From: Elusimicrobiota bacterium
Lineage (GTDB): Bacteria; Elusimicrobiota; Elusimicrobia; 2-01-FULL-59-12
Direction: 5' to 3'
Assembly (NCBI GenBank): GCA_038208955.1
Contig: JBBQYF010000002.1
Span: forward strand, 1-43,894
DNA length: 43,894 nucleotides
The notes beneath the pieces are model-generated. The model ran no database searches. It was not told the DNA's origin and saw only the letters and a list, made by a program, of their open reading frames with translations. Position numbers and translations under genes: made by a program. This document shows, piece after piece, positions 17,501 through 24,762 of the stretch (position 1 is the first letter of the stretch; every line of letters starts with the position of its first letter).

Positions 17501-19464
17501 ACACCCTATTTCTGAAAAATATGGTCAATGTGACGCATTGGCAGCAACTCGAATTTATGAGCCCATTTTTCGATCAATACTTCCTGGCTTATACGGATTA
17601 TCTGAACACCCCATCCCCCTGCGGCCCCTTTTCGACCAACCCGCCAGACGTTATGTGCCAGGGAACGACGGGGACTCCGAACGCGAATAATTTAACAGTG
17701 ATTGCTAAAGGCGCCTCTGGCGCCGCTTTGGGTTCGACGCCTATCCCTTATACGGCAACCGGGCTTGCTTACAAGTTGATGATTGCAACAACGCAGACGT
17801 TAACGACCATCACGGTTGCTCCGACCAATCAGACCGTGGGACTGGGTCAGACACAAGCCTTTACGGCTTCAGCGTTTGACCAGTTTGGCAATGCGATGAG
17901 CACGCCGCCCACTTTTACGTGGACCGTATCCGGTGGAGGATCGATCACTAGTTCGGGTTTATTTACGGCGGGCATCGTCGCCGGCGGACCCTATACGGTA
18001 GCCGCGGCATCAGGGGGTAAATCTGGATCGGCTCAAGTAATGGTTGCCGACGGAGCACCCACTGTGGCGACAGCCGCGTCAGCTTTGCCAAACCCAGTGA
18101 CCGGGACGAATACGACCTTATCAGTGCTTGGGTCCGATGCGGCGGGCCAATCCAGTTTGACTTACGCCTGGGCGCCCATAGGAGTGCCGCCGGCCCCGGT
18201 ATCTTTCAGCCGGACCGGCACAAACGCCGCCCAGAGCGCAGTAGCCACTTTTACGAAAGCCGGCACTTACAGCTTACAAGCGACGATCACTAATCCCAGT
18301 GGCCTCCACGCCAATAGCGTCGTCACCGTGTTGGTGAGTCAGACGTTAACGACCATCACGGTTGCTCCGACCAATCAGACCGTGGGACTGGGTCAGACAC
18401 AAGCCTTTACGGCTTCAGCGTTTGACCAGTTTGGCAATGCGATGAGCACGCCGCCCACTTTTACGTGGACCGTTTCCGGTGGAGGATCGATCACTAGCTT
18501 TGGTTTGTTTAACGCCGGGACGACTGTGGGCGCCTTTACGGTGACGGCAACCGCCGGGGGAAAGACCGGCGCTACGCAAGTGACCGTGGCTTCGACTGTT
18601 CCTACCCCGATTAGCGTTTCAATTAACAGTCCGGCCGAAGGTTCGACGGTTTCTGGGACTATTAGGATCACTGCAAGCGTTTCGGGCACCATACCCGTAG
18701 CCAAAATGGAATTTCGGGTGGATGGCGCCTTGGTCGGCACGCTCCTCAGTGCTCCTTACAATTTCGACTGGGATAGCTCTCTCGCTGCCGACGGCGATCA
18801 TACGCTAGCATTAACGGCATTAGACGCGTCGAATAATCCGACTTCGGCCGAAGTCCACGTGTTGGTGAATAATACCTCCAACGCCGCCTTGCCGCCGCCA
18901 ACTCTCAATTTGCCGAGCGACTTGCCCGTCAACGGAACGCTTACTGTGGGTTATCCGCCAAGTTATGACATTGCTTACTTCCAATGGAGCATTACTCCGG
19001 TTAAGGACCCCAATGCGGGCAATGGCGTCGCCGCGGATGCGCCAGTGGCAAGTTTTCCAACTCCCCAAAAAACCGCCGATCTGTCGATTCTAAATTTAAG
19101 GCCTGGGATGTACGTGATTACCGTTGTCGCGGCGGACGGTAGCGGGCGTCTTTCGGCCCCGGCTTCAGCCATCGTAACGCTGCTTAGTAGCGATTTGCCC
19201 GGCTTCCGGGTTTATCCAAATCCTTGGCGCAGCGACCGCCATAGCGGCATGAATCTGAGCTTTGATCATCTGACGGCAGGTTGCACCATCAAAATTTTTG
19301 ACACATCCGCGCACCTGATCAAAACCTTGACTGCCGCCTCCGACAACGTGGGATGGGATTTAACGAATGAGTCGGGTCATAAAGTCTCTTCCGGAATTTA
19401 TATTTACTACCTCACAGATGCCGCAGGCGCTAAAGCCCACGGCAAATTTACGATTATCAATTAG
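14515..19464 (+). CDS. Giant secreted multidomain surface protein: N-terminal ~550-aa domain, three Big_2-like Ig modules, putative clan GH-A-like TIM-barrel region, further Ig-like modules, T9SS type-A / FlgD-Ig-like C-terminal sorting domain
   Basis: 1649-aa ORF with an N-terminal signal-anchor (SAIVIAMLFTAGMVSPILA).
- Big_2-like modules: TITVAP...Q.FTAS.FDQ.GN....P.FTWTVSGGG.I...GLF, three copies.
- Central region (about 16480-17780) has IMQPEPQTE and GMSEAWAY, tentatively the acid/base and nucleophile Glu of a GH-A fold.
- An Ig module: ISVSINSPAEGSTVSGTIRITASV.
- The last ~85 aa (19204..19461: VYPNPW...CTIKIFD...GWDLTNESGHKVSSGIYIYY...KFTII) fit the T9SS C-terminal domain pattern. Confidence 0.8.
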   Translation: MTYSLPNKSRLLKSHSAIVIAMLFTAGMVSPILAITFAGPTIVSGVDSGGAVHNAPSDWTSAMGTWNAKAAHYNPATHKLVFETYRVDIQGGSLSAGTIQASVESSTGGLTKVGNYYVAGPGSRTSASTGTDVLYTSNRDGSNPFCIGCTDVQDGVNGVTIYKSAPSTSASPVTPLRRPGAIVYANQNKDLAAWYPNGQWMVASVEMPTHAISHSIGNGEIGMFNDLWAISADGKTWVQLTDFASTWEFKDPTASMPFACYDSANCTTRCQYSHAGNTAPYESYSCSSVGNAPPSSGVMRVTLGNNLDGPNGGAPMVWGERVGIDFRYTWAGSLQLATAELVMTGGLPTIIGYKRNMTPMPSSPDGLNVWVNRSPTKVIAAGYEPFSFSQDDKIIGFGSDAFTSTSDPNVTQPISRVSEAFTDAIAWRWSDAVPTLNDISKYDTAFAYQPNAATAPANAYGHWEDAIVFGLGPDDSSLVDFTSSANLNPAWNPSTSSNFGLDAWVIPLDRSQPASRVSTFNVPGTRIYSYPTASDPADNGFFLTVLPAGSNLPGNLYKITEVVASGTQVLTTITVAPVSPTMSINATQKFTASGFDQSGNPMNPQPNFTWTVSGGGAIDSSGLFTPSATGGPLTVTAAASSVSGTAQVTVGDPNVIPPDTSVTKWAEINNELTTDLNNYASTIASNWNGQKYAGAHFSADIYPADNAANNRVGTDPAYLTNTVFPWIDAMAGLGIKAMKVTVSFPVLYPDYYTYLNGGDATKGAAQYNATVAAYQQIAQHVRSKALKLIVVSLCVAPWENPRIVNYYPTLGASGDLTKYKAGRSQVLITLAKTMNPDYLIMQPEPQTESDNIKVLDPALSLNNPSTDAAMLQGFITDLGVANIPGLHTTMLLGTGMGTWQLNFEDGAPATPGFKNAIVGLTNLDLVDIHVYPVYTIGGSNFLDRIAELATAAHSHGKKAGMSEAWAYKEQSAEAIKGATTTEIYSRDIYSFWSTLDTLFLKNMVNVTHWQQLEFMSPFFDQYFLAYTDYLNTPSPCGPFSTNPPDVMCQGTTGTPNANNLTVIAKGASGAALGSTPIPYTATGLAYKLMIATTQTLTTITVAPTNQTVGLGQTQAFTASAFDQFGNAMSTPPTFTWTVSGGGSITSSGLFTAGIVAGGPYTVAAASGGKSGSAQVMVADGAPTVATAASALPNPVTGTNTTLSVLGSDAAGQSSLTYAWAPIGVPPAPVSFSRTGTNAAQSAVATFTKAGTYSLQATITNPSGLHANSVVTVLVSQTLTTITVAPTNQTVGLGQTQAFTASAFDQFGNAMSTPPTFTWTVSGGGSITSFGLFNAGTTVGAFTVTATAGGKTGATQVTVASTVPTPISVSINSPAEGSTVSGTIRITASVSGTIPVAKMEFRVDGALVGTLLSAPYNFDWDSSLAADGDHTLALTALDASNNPTSAEVHVLVNNTSNAALPPPTLNLPSDLPVNGTLTVGYPPSYDIAYFQWSITPVKDPNAGNGVAADAPVASFPTPQKTADLSILNLRPGMYVITVVAADGSGRLSAPASAIVTLLSSDLPGFRVYPNPWRSDRHSGMNLSFDHLTAGCTIKIFDTSAHLIKTLTAASDNVGWDLTNESGHKVSSGIYIYYLTDAAGAKAHGKFTIIN
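17794..17951 (+). repeat. Copy 1 of a 158-bp near-identical intragenic duplication (Big_2 module)
   Basis: cagacgttaacgaccatcacggttgctccgaccaatcag... matches 18340..18497 with one mismatch seen by eye (17928 a versus t). Similarity decays after cactag. Confidence 0.85.
18340..18497 (+). repeat. Copy 2 of the 158-bp intragenic duplication (offset 546 bp)
   Basis: Same as above. Both copies encode QTLTTITVAPTNQTVGLGQTQAFTASAFDQFGNAMSTPPTFTWTVSGGGSITS. Confidence 0.85.
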
Positions 19465-19682
19465 TTAGGCGGCGCAACACTCGTGCGCGTTCCTGTGTAT
19501 ATCCACGCATGGGATTTTCTCGGTCACCCCTCTTCCTCTTCAGGCGGCGAAAGTTTTTTATCCAACTGTAAGACTTTTCGTAATTGCCCCTGCGCTCCCG
19601 GGTGTAATTGATTTCGACTTTATGGAGCTTAAGCATCACCTAATCCCATCTTTGAGCGTGGGAAGGTCAAAATTTCACGGCG

Positions 19683-20301
19683 TTAAGTCGGACAGGCATG
19701 CAATCGGTTCAGCATTTCTTCGAGTGTCGGGGTAGCGGCGGGATCTTCGGCGTGAACGTAGGCGCGCAAAACGGCGAGGTGTTCCGCGTGTTATTTTCGC
19801 GGCTTCGCGATCGATTGTGTGATTTCCAAAGAGGGCGGACCGAAGGCTGCTTCGAACTGATGCAAGGCGCAACAGTCTGCATTGAGCTCGTCGACAGCGC
19901 GCAAGGCTTCTTTGACGAAGGCTTCCGTTTGATCGGAGTATGCCTTGAATGATTGCGCGTTTTGTGGGTCGGCGATTGGCTTTCCACGTAAACTTACGTG
20001 AACCCCGCTGCGCTGCAAACGCAAGGGGCCTTCGCCACCCAAAACCGCATATCGTTTTTGCAAAATTTCTTCTAATGCCGTCCGTTCAGCTTGATCGCGT
20101 GGCATTGATAAACAATTCAAACTCTGAAACGCCGCCGGATAAATGAAATAGACCTTCCAGTAAGTCGACTTCCTCGTCTTGCGATGGCGCACCAATTCGG
20201 ACGCTAAACGAATCATCCCGTAGGCCGGCGGCAACCAAATAATCTCGGGCAATACGTTCCAGGTGCTGTTCCCAGATGGGATCGAGATCGGGCGTGGGCA
20301 A
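19683..20301 (-). pseudogene. Disrupted gene of unknown function (one frameshift plus one in-frame TAA)
   Basis: ORF 20086..20301 (MPTPDLDPIWEQHLERIARDYLVAAGL...ELFINATRSS) runs into ORF 19791..20252 in another frame. The protein-like part of the second ORF begins only at ...PRDQAERTALEEILQKRY. After TAA 19793..19791 the same frame continues open (HAEHLAVLRAYVHAEDPAATPTLEEMLNRLHACPT) to TAA 19685..19683. No family was recognised. Confidence 0.35.
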
Positions 20302-20455
20302 CGTTGGAAGTTGACGCTCGATTACGTCGGCGGCGCTCCCTTAGAGTAAATCCAAAACGCAGAGGCCGATAACACTAATTCAATAAGAAGCTTCTCAGGA
20401 AGCTGAAAAATAAAAAGCGATAATAGTAATAGAACCATCGAAGGAGATACAGCCT

Positions 20456-21940
20456 ATGTCAAACCCGTCGCCTACAGGCTTTAACCATAAAATATCACTG
20501 TTGGTCCGTTCGAATTTCCCTTACTTCTTGCCTTATGGCATTTTGCTGCTGCCATCATTCCTTACCTCGATTCGGGCGCAACCATTTCTTTACGTCGGCT
20601 CTCAGGTTGCCGCCTGGCTCGGGCAGTCGATAATCCTCGTAAAGTTGGTTGCCGAGGCGATGGACCGGCCCACGGGCGTCCGGTCATGGTTTGTCAAAGG
20701 CATTTGTTGTGCTCCCAAGCTGGCCTGGACAGGCTTTAAGATCTTTGGGCTACAGCTGGTTGGCTGGATTGTCTTTTCTATTCTGGGATTCCTCTTTGGC
20801 CGCCAACTGGGCCTAGGACATATCCGAGGAATGCCGGTCACCATCGTTGTCGCCCTTTTATTGCCCAGTCTGTTCATTGGTACGCGCTGTGCGTTCGCGT
20901 TACCTCTGGCACTCAGCGACCCCGCGCCCTATTCCAAGCAGCCGATCCGGGCCAGCTTCCGATTAACCCGCCGATACTGGCTACCTATTTGCTCATTGGC
21001 CTTGGGTCTTTTCGTATTGACTTGGCCTATTTTCTTCGCCTTTTCCCACGCCAGAAAGCAGCCTGTCGGGTGGTCGGTGCTGAGCATACTGCTATGGCCT
21101 ACGGCTTACTGGATTTTCATGTCCGTTGCGGTCCTCCTTTGCGCCGATGCTGTTGCCAACACGCCAGCAGTCCCTTTAACCGACCGCAAGATGTCCCCGA
21201 TCACTCGCGTTTTCGGTGGTCTGGGATTGATGGCCGTGATCGCATTGATCCTGTGGGCCTCGATCGCCCGAGGGCGAATTTCTAGAAGCTTGGCCCTAAC
21301 TCGAACGGTTGTCCATGCCGTCAGAGAGACAGTGGCCTTGCAGAAGAAGGGGCTCCTTCGCGTCCAGCCCGGCGAGATTGTCGAAAACTATCCTGGAAAC
21401 CACGTGAAGAACCGATATGCGACTTCCGGGCAGTCGAAAGGCACAAGCGTTGATTACTACGAAAACGGCCAAAAAAAGTCTGAGACGATTATGGAGCATG
21501 GCCAGCGCATTGCCTGGCGGGCATGGTTCCAAGATGGACAGTTGGAAGGCGAAACCCTCTTCAGGGAAGGACAACCGACGCTAACGAAGTATTGGTATCC
21601 GAGTGGGAAGATTCATTCGACGGACGAGTTTTCTGCGATTGGTAAACGCAAAACGACAATGTTTTACCAGGACGGCCATAAACAATCAGAAATGACCATG
21701 AAAGACGATCGTCCCATCGGCCAGATTACGAACTGGTATCCAACGGGACAGATCTCCTATCAAAATACCCTCTCAGAAGATGGAAGTCATTCCCACCTTG
21801 TCCAATATTATCCCGATGGAAAAAAGCGCGGCGAAGAAAACTATTATCTCAGTAAGAAAGACGGCGAGCAAACCTATTGGGACCCATCCGGTAAAGCAAT
21901 CAAAGTGCATTACAAAGACGGCGTCAAATTGCCGGGATAA
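20456..21940 (+). CDS. Polytopic membrane protein with C-terminal MORN-variant (YwqK-like) repeats
   Basis: 494-aa ORF with an AAGGAG RBS 8 nt upstream. The N-terminal ~280 aa carry several hydrophobic helices. The C-terminal half has repeated Y..nGqk....... units (YYENGQKKSE, WFQDGQLEGE, YWYPSGKIHS, FYQDGHKQSE, NWYPTGQISY, YYPDGKKRGE). Confidence 0.7.
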   Translation: MSNPSPTGFNHKISLLVRSNFPYFLPYGILLLPSFLTSIRAQPFLYVGSQVAAWLGQSIILVKLVAEAMDRPTGVRSWFVKGICCAPKLAWTGFKIFGLQLVGWIVFSILGFLFGRQLGLGHIRGMPVTIVVALLLPSLFIGTRCAFALPLALSDPAPYSKQPIRASFRLTRRYWLPICSLALGLFVLTWPIFFAFSHARKQPVGWSVLSILLWPTAYWIFMSVAVLLCADAVANTPAVPLTDRKMSPITRVFGGLGLMAVIALILWASIARGRISRSLALTRTVVHAVRETVALQKKGLLRVQPGEIVENYPGNHVKNRYATSGQSKGTSVDYYENGQKKSETIMEHGQRIAWRAWFQDGQLEGETLFREGQPTLTKYWYPSGKIHSTDEFSAIGKRKTTMFYQDGHKQSEMTMKDDRPIGQITNWYPTGQISYQNTLSEDGSHSHLVQYYPDGKKRGEENYYLSKKDGEQTYWDPSGKAIKVHYKDGVKLPG

Positions 21941-22025
21941 GAACAGTGCAAGCAGCCCTCCTTTATGTCCATGTATGTACCTGTTTTCAAGTACTGAGCA
22001 GGAACCGTTACGTCCTAAATCCAAA

Positions 22026-22055
22026 GAGCCCTTCAGCTGGTTGGCTGAAGGGCTC
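22026..22055. terminator. Perfect 12-bp stem / 6-nt loop hairpin between convergent genes
   Basis: gagcccttcagc tggttg gctgaagggctc. On the minus strand it is followed by TTTGGATTT. There is no T-run on the plus strand. Confidence 0.4.
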
Positions 22056-22192
22056 GCTAGTCCAAATTGGCTCGCCTTATTGGATGCGATTCGCAACTGG
22101 CTTATAGCCCCCAACGCTGAAATAGCATCGCTCCAATATGATGTTCCATTGAGCTTATCCGGCACATAAAATTTTCGCGGATGTGCGAAGGA

Positions 22193-23500
22193 TTAAGCTA
22201 TCCCGTCATCACGGCTTATGTCCCGAAAAGCAATTACCCACGCAAGGAGCGTCGTATAAATCATGCCTTGGAAGATACTCTGAAGTCGGTAAAAGTCCAT
22301 TCCAGGTGTATTGGATTGAGTAATCGTTTTCGCGCCACCGAAAATCCAATCTCCAGCAAAAAGGCCAATAAACACCGCCATAGGGGTGCTGATGATGAGT
22401 CGGGTTTTTAAACTGCCGCATTGATCAAGACGCCACAAGCCCATCAGCCAGATAATAAATCCACTTGCCAGGGAACTGAGTACCCCAAAAAACGGAGGGA
22501 CAATACTCGTCCAAACTGGACCGATCCACCAACCCATGTAAGGGAACACCCCTAATGAAGGCGTGAAAATAAGTGCGTAAAGTAATGATCTAGATGAGCG
22601 ACCCGAAAATCGACGACGCCATTTTTTCCAGAAAAGAACGCCTAAAGGCAACCAAATCGCATAGGCCAATACAAAAAAGATCATCCGGCGCATGACCGCC
22701 TGGTCGTAGCCGGACGGATGGAGAACGAAAGATAACGGACTTTTATACTCCGCAAGATAATTGTTCTCCCACTGATGTTGCTGTACTTTTTGTCGTTCGT
22801 AAATGCTCGGCGGAGGCGCTGCCACGGCAATCCCTGTGGTTTGGGCGAGAGTAATTTCTGTCTCGTAAGCTGCTGACATCCGTGGAGCCGCTCCAATCCG
22901 TGTGCCGCCGTGCGAGGGATCATCCGTCCACCATTCGGAATCCAGAATAAATTCTCCCGCATTGGTAAAACCGTCGGGCGCAGACGATTCACTAACGAAC
23001 TCATAAAGACCTGTGATTTGATCAGGATTGTAGGGAATCGCTTTGCTTCCACCTGGCGAAAGAAAAGGAAAATCGAACAGAGCGGTCGGATTTCCGTGTC
23101 GAAAACCATTTGCATTTAGATTCTTGGGGACCAACCAATAGCGATCACTGTTATTTCGGATCACATATCCCCAACCGACGCGGCCACCCGGCTGACAAAG
23201 AAGCTTCGCATTAGGAGGCGTCGCTTTGAACGTGATCGAATCCTCAGCCTTGGCCCGAGTTGGAATAGCCCCCAGAAATAAAATAAGAGCATAGAGATAT
23301 CTGTAACGAATAATGGATGTTCCTCCCGCGATGAAACCTTCGTTTTTGGTACGGACAGGCAAGATATTGGTCTCCCGACTAGGATTCGGGCGCTCGCCCG
23401 CCTGGGGTATGGCGGGCTCACCTAGACTAAAGAGCAGAACTCCCCCAGACCGACGGTAATCGAACACCAACGGAGCAAATAAATGGGGTTTCGAGCTCAA
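22193..23500 (-). CDS. Hypothetical protein: secreted/periplasmic N-terminal domain plus C-terminal multi-helix membrane domain
   Basis: 435-aa ORF with no recognisable motif. A signal-anchor-like segment (YLYALILFLGAIPTRAKA) lies ~70 aa into the ORF. The true start may therefore be TTG 23362 (GGGAGA upstream). The C-terminal ~170 aa are hydrophobic. Confidence 0.5.
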   Translation of the reverse strand: MSSKPHLFAPLVFDYRRSGGVLLFSLGEPAIPQAGERPNPSRETNILPVRTKNEGFIAGGTSIIRYRYLYALILFLGAIPTRAKAEDSITFKATPPNAKLLCQPGGRVGWGYVIRNNSDRYWLVPKNLNANGFRHGNPTALFDFPFLSPGGSKAIPYNPDQITGLYEFVSESSAPDGFTNAGEFILDSEWWTDDPSHGGTRIGAAPRMSAAYETEITLAQTTGIAVAAPPPSIYERQKVQQHQWENNYLAEYKSPLSFVLHPSGYDQAVMRRMIFFVLAYAIWLPLGVLFWKKWRRRFSGRSSRSLLYALIFTPSLGVFPYMGWWIGPVWTSIVPPFFGVLSSLASGFIIWLMGLWRLDQCGSLKTRLIISTPMAVFIGLFAGDWIFGGAKTITQSNTPGMDFYRLQSIFQGMIYTTLLAWVIAFRDISRDDGIA

Positions 23501-23661
23501 TGTTCACTCCTGTTGCGTATTTCCAGTTTCCAATCGACTTCCCATTCGAGACCGTAAATCGCAAAAAAGGCCTTATATTGCTTCTTTCACCCCAAGAGGC
23601 CACTGTGATCCGGTCCAAACAGCGCCGCTACCGACCCCTCCGCGAGCCCTCCATAAAGGGG

Positions 23662-23985
23662 ATGTTGCAGTTGGGGGTCCGACTGCGATTCGAACTTTCG
23701 AGCGATCCCAAGCTTTCCCGAGTTGCTCTTGCAAGACGGCAGGGGCTGGAGCCGACGGTCCTCACGCGGCTCCTTCACCTCACGAATTTGGCTCCGGAGA
23801 TCCAAGAGCACATCCGCGGGATGCCGGCCATGGCCCGTGCCGGGCCAATTACACTGGGCCGGTTGGTGCCGCTGGCGCGAAGCCCGGACCGGCACTACCA
23901 GCTCGAAGAATTCCGCAAACTCCTACTCCGCCCCGCCCGAATCCGAAAACCCCGAACCACCGAAGCTCTCTCTTCAAAGATCTGA
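23662..23985 (+). CDS. Small helix-turn-helix protein of the type often found beside recombinase genes
   Basis: ALARRQGLEPTVLTRLLHLTNLAPEIQEHI resembles the LA..LGVSRARVTQ.L.LL.LAPEIQE pattern I recall from small HTH proteins adjacent to serine recombinases. The start is set at the first ATG before the HTH; the ORF track gives 23500. No recombinase partner is present. Confidence 0.45.
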   Translation: MLQLGVRLRFELSSDPKLSRVALARRQGLEPTVLTRLLHLTNLAPEIQEHIRGMPAMARAGPITLGRLVPLARSPDRHYQLEEFRKLLLRPARIRKPRTTEALSSKI

Positions 23986-24690
23986 AAATTCCAAGCACCC
24001 CGCGGCCATCTCCGACCACGTGTGCCCTCTGGAAAGTTTTTCGGACTCCGCTTTCCGGCCCTGGTCATGCAGAAAAGAGAGTAGTTGTTGAAGGGCTTTT
24101 TCGCGATCCTCATCTGTTTTGGTGAGCGCGAGAGACTTTCGACAATAACGTTCCTGTCTCTTAACGTCACCTAATACCCCGAATGTTTCTGCCGCCCACA
24201 TGAAGGCTTTCCATTCCGAGTGATGATTGGAAAGGGTTTCAGCCGTTAGCTTTTTTGCTCTCGCCCCTCGCCCTGTCTGTGCCAAGAGATAGGCTTTGAG
24301 GCACTTAAATTGTCCTGAAGCCGCGACAGTCGCCCAGGCATCACAAAGGGAAATTCCCTGGCTCACACGCCCGGCCCCCAACAATCTGAATGGCAGAAAT
24401 TCCAGCCAGTCCACAAAGTTCTCGTGCGCCGTGGCTTTGATGACGTTCCAATAGCGGGGGCGGTCTTTGACCGCGTGAAATACCTGCATGGCCAGCGGGT
24501 ACTCTGGAGCGGTCGCCAGAGGCTCATCATTGAACCGATCAAAGAAACGATCGATGCGCTCGACCAACGACCCCAGTTGTTCGCGATGAACAAGTCGATC
24601 GAAGGTGCGTCGATCTTCAAAGGTAGATGCCTGCAAGAGGTCCTCACGCAATGCGACCCAATTTCGTGATCCAATATTTGTCCCGGTCAT
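23974..24690 (-). CDS. Hypothetical protein (238 aa)
   Basis: Intact ORF with a GAGGA RBS. It starts 31 nt downstream (minus strand) of the tRNA-like fragment. No motif was recognised. Confidence 0.5.
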   Translation of the reverse strand: MTGTNIGSRNWVALREDLLQASTFEDRRTFDRLVHREQLGSLVERIDRFFDRFNDEPLATAPEYPLAMQVFHAVKDRPRYWNVIKATAHENFVDWLEFLPFRLLGAGRVSQGISLCDAWATVAASGQFKCLKAYLLAQTGRGARAKKLTAETLSNHHSEWKAFMWAAETFGVLGDVKRQERYCRKSLALTKTDEDREKALQQLLSFLHDQGRKAESEKLSRGHTWSEMAAGCLEFSDL

Positions 24691-24721
24691 CGTGTCCTCA
24701 TACTCTCTTCACATTCAAAAT

Positions 24722-24762
24722 CTGCCGAACTAGGATTCGAACCTAGACTAATGGATTCAGAG
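24722..24762 (-). other. tRNA-Gln(CUG)-like 3-prime half (anticodon loop to discriminator), putative att core of the adjacent element
   Basis: The minus strand reads ctCTGaa tccat tagt ctagg ttcgaat cctag ttcggca g. That is an anticodon loop with CUG, the 3-prime anticodon stem strand, a 4-nt variable loop, a perfect T-arm (5-bp stem, TTCGAAT loop), a 7-nt acceptor 3-prime strand and discriminator G. The implied U1:A72 plus G73 fit what I recall of bacterial tRNA-Gln. No matching 5-prime acceptor strand (tgccgaa), D-arm or good 5-prime anticodon stem strand lies upstream. That sequence is integrase coding DNA, with the stop TAG at 24745..24743 inside the T-stem. Confidence 0.6.
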
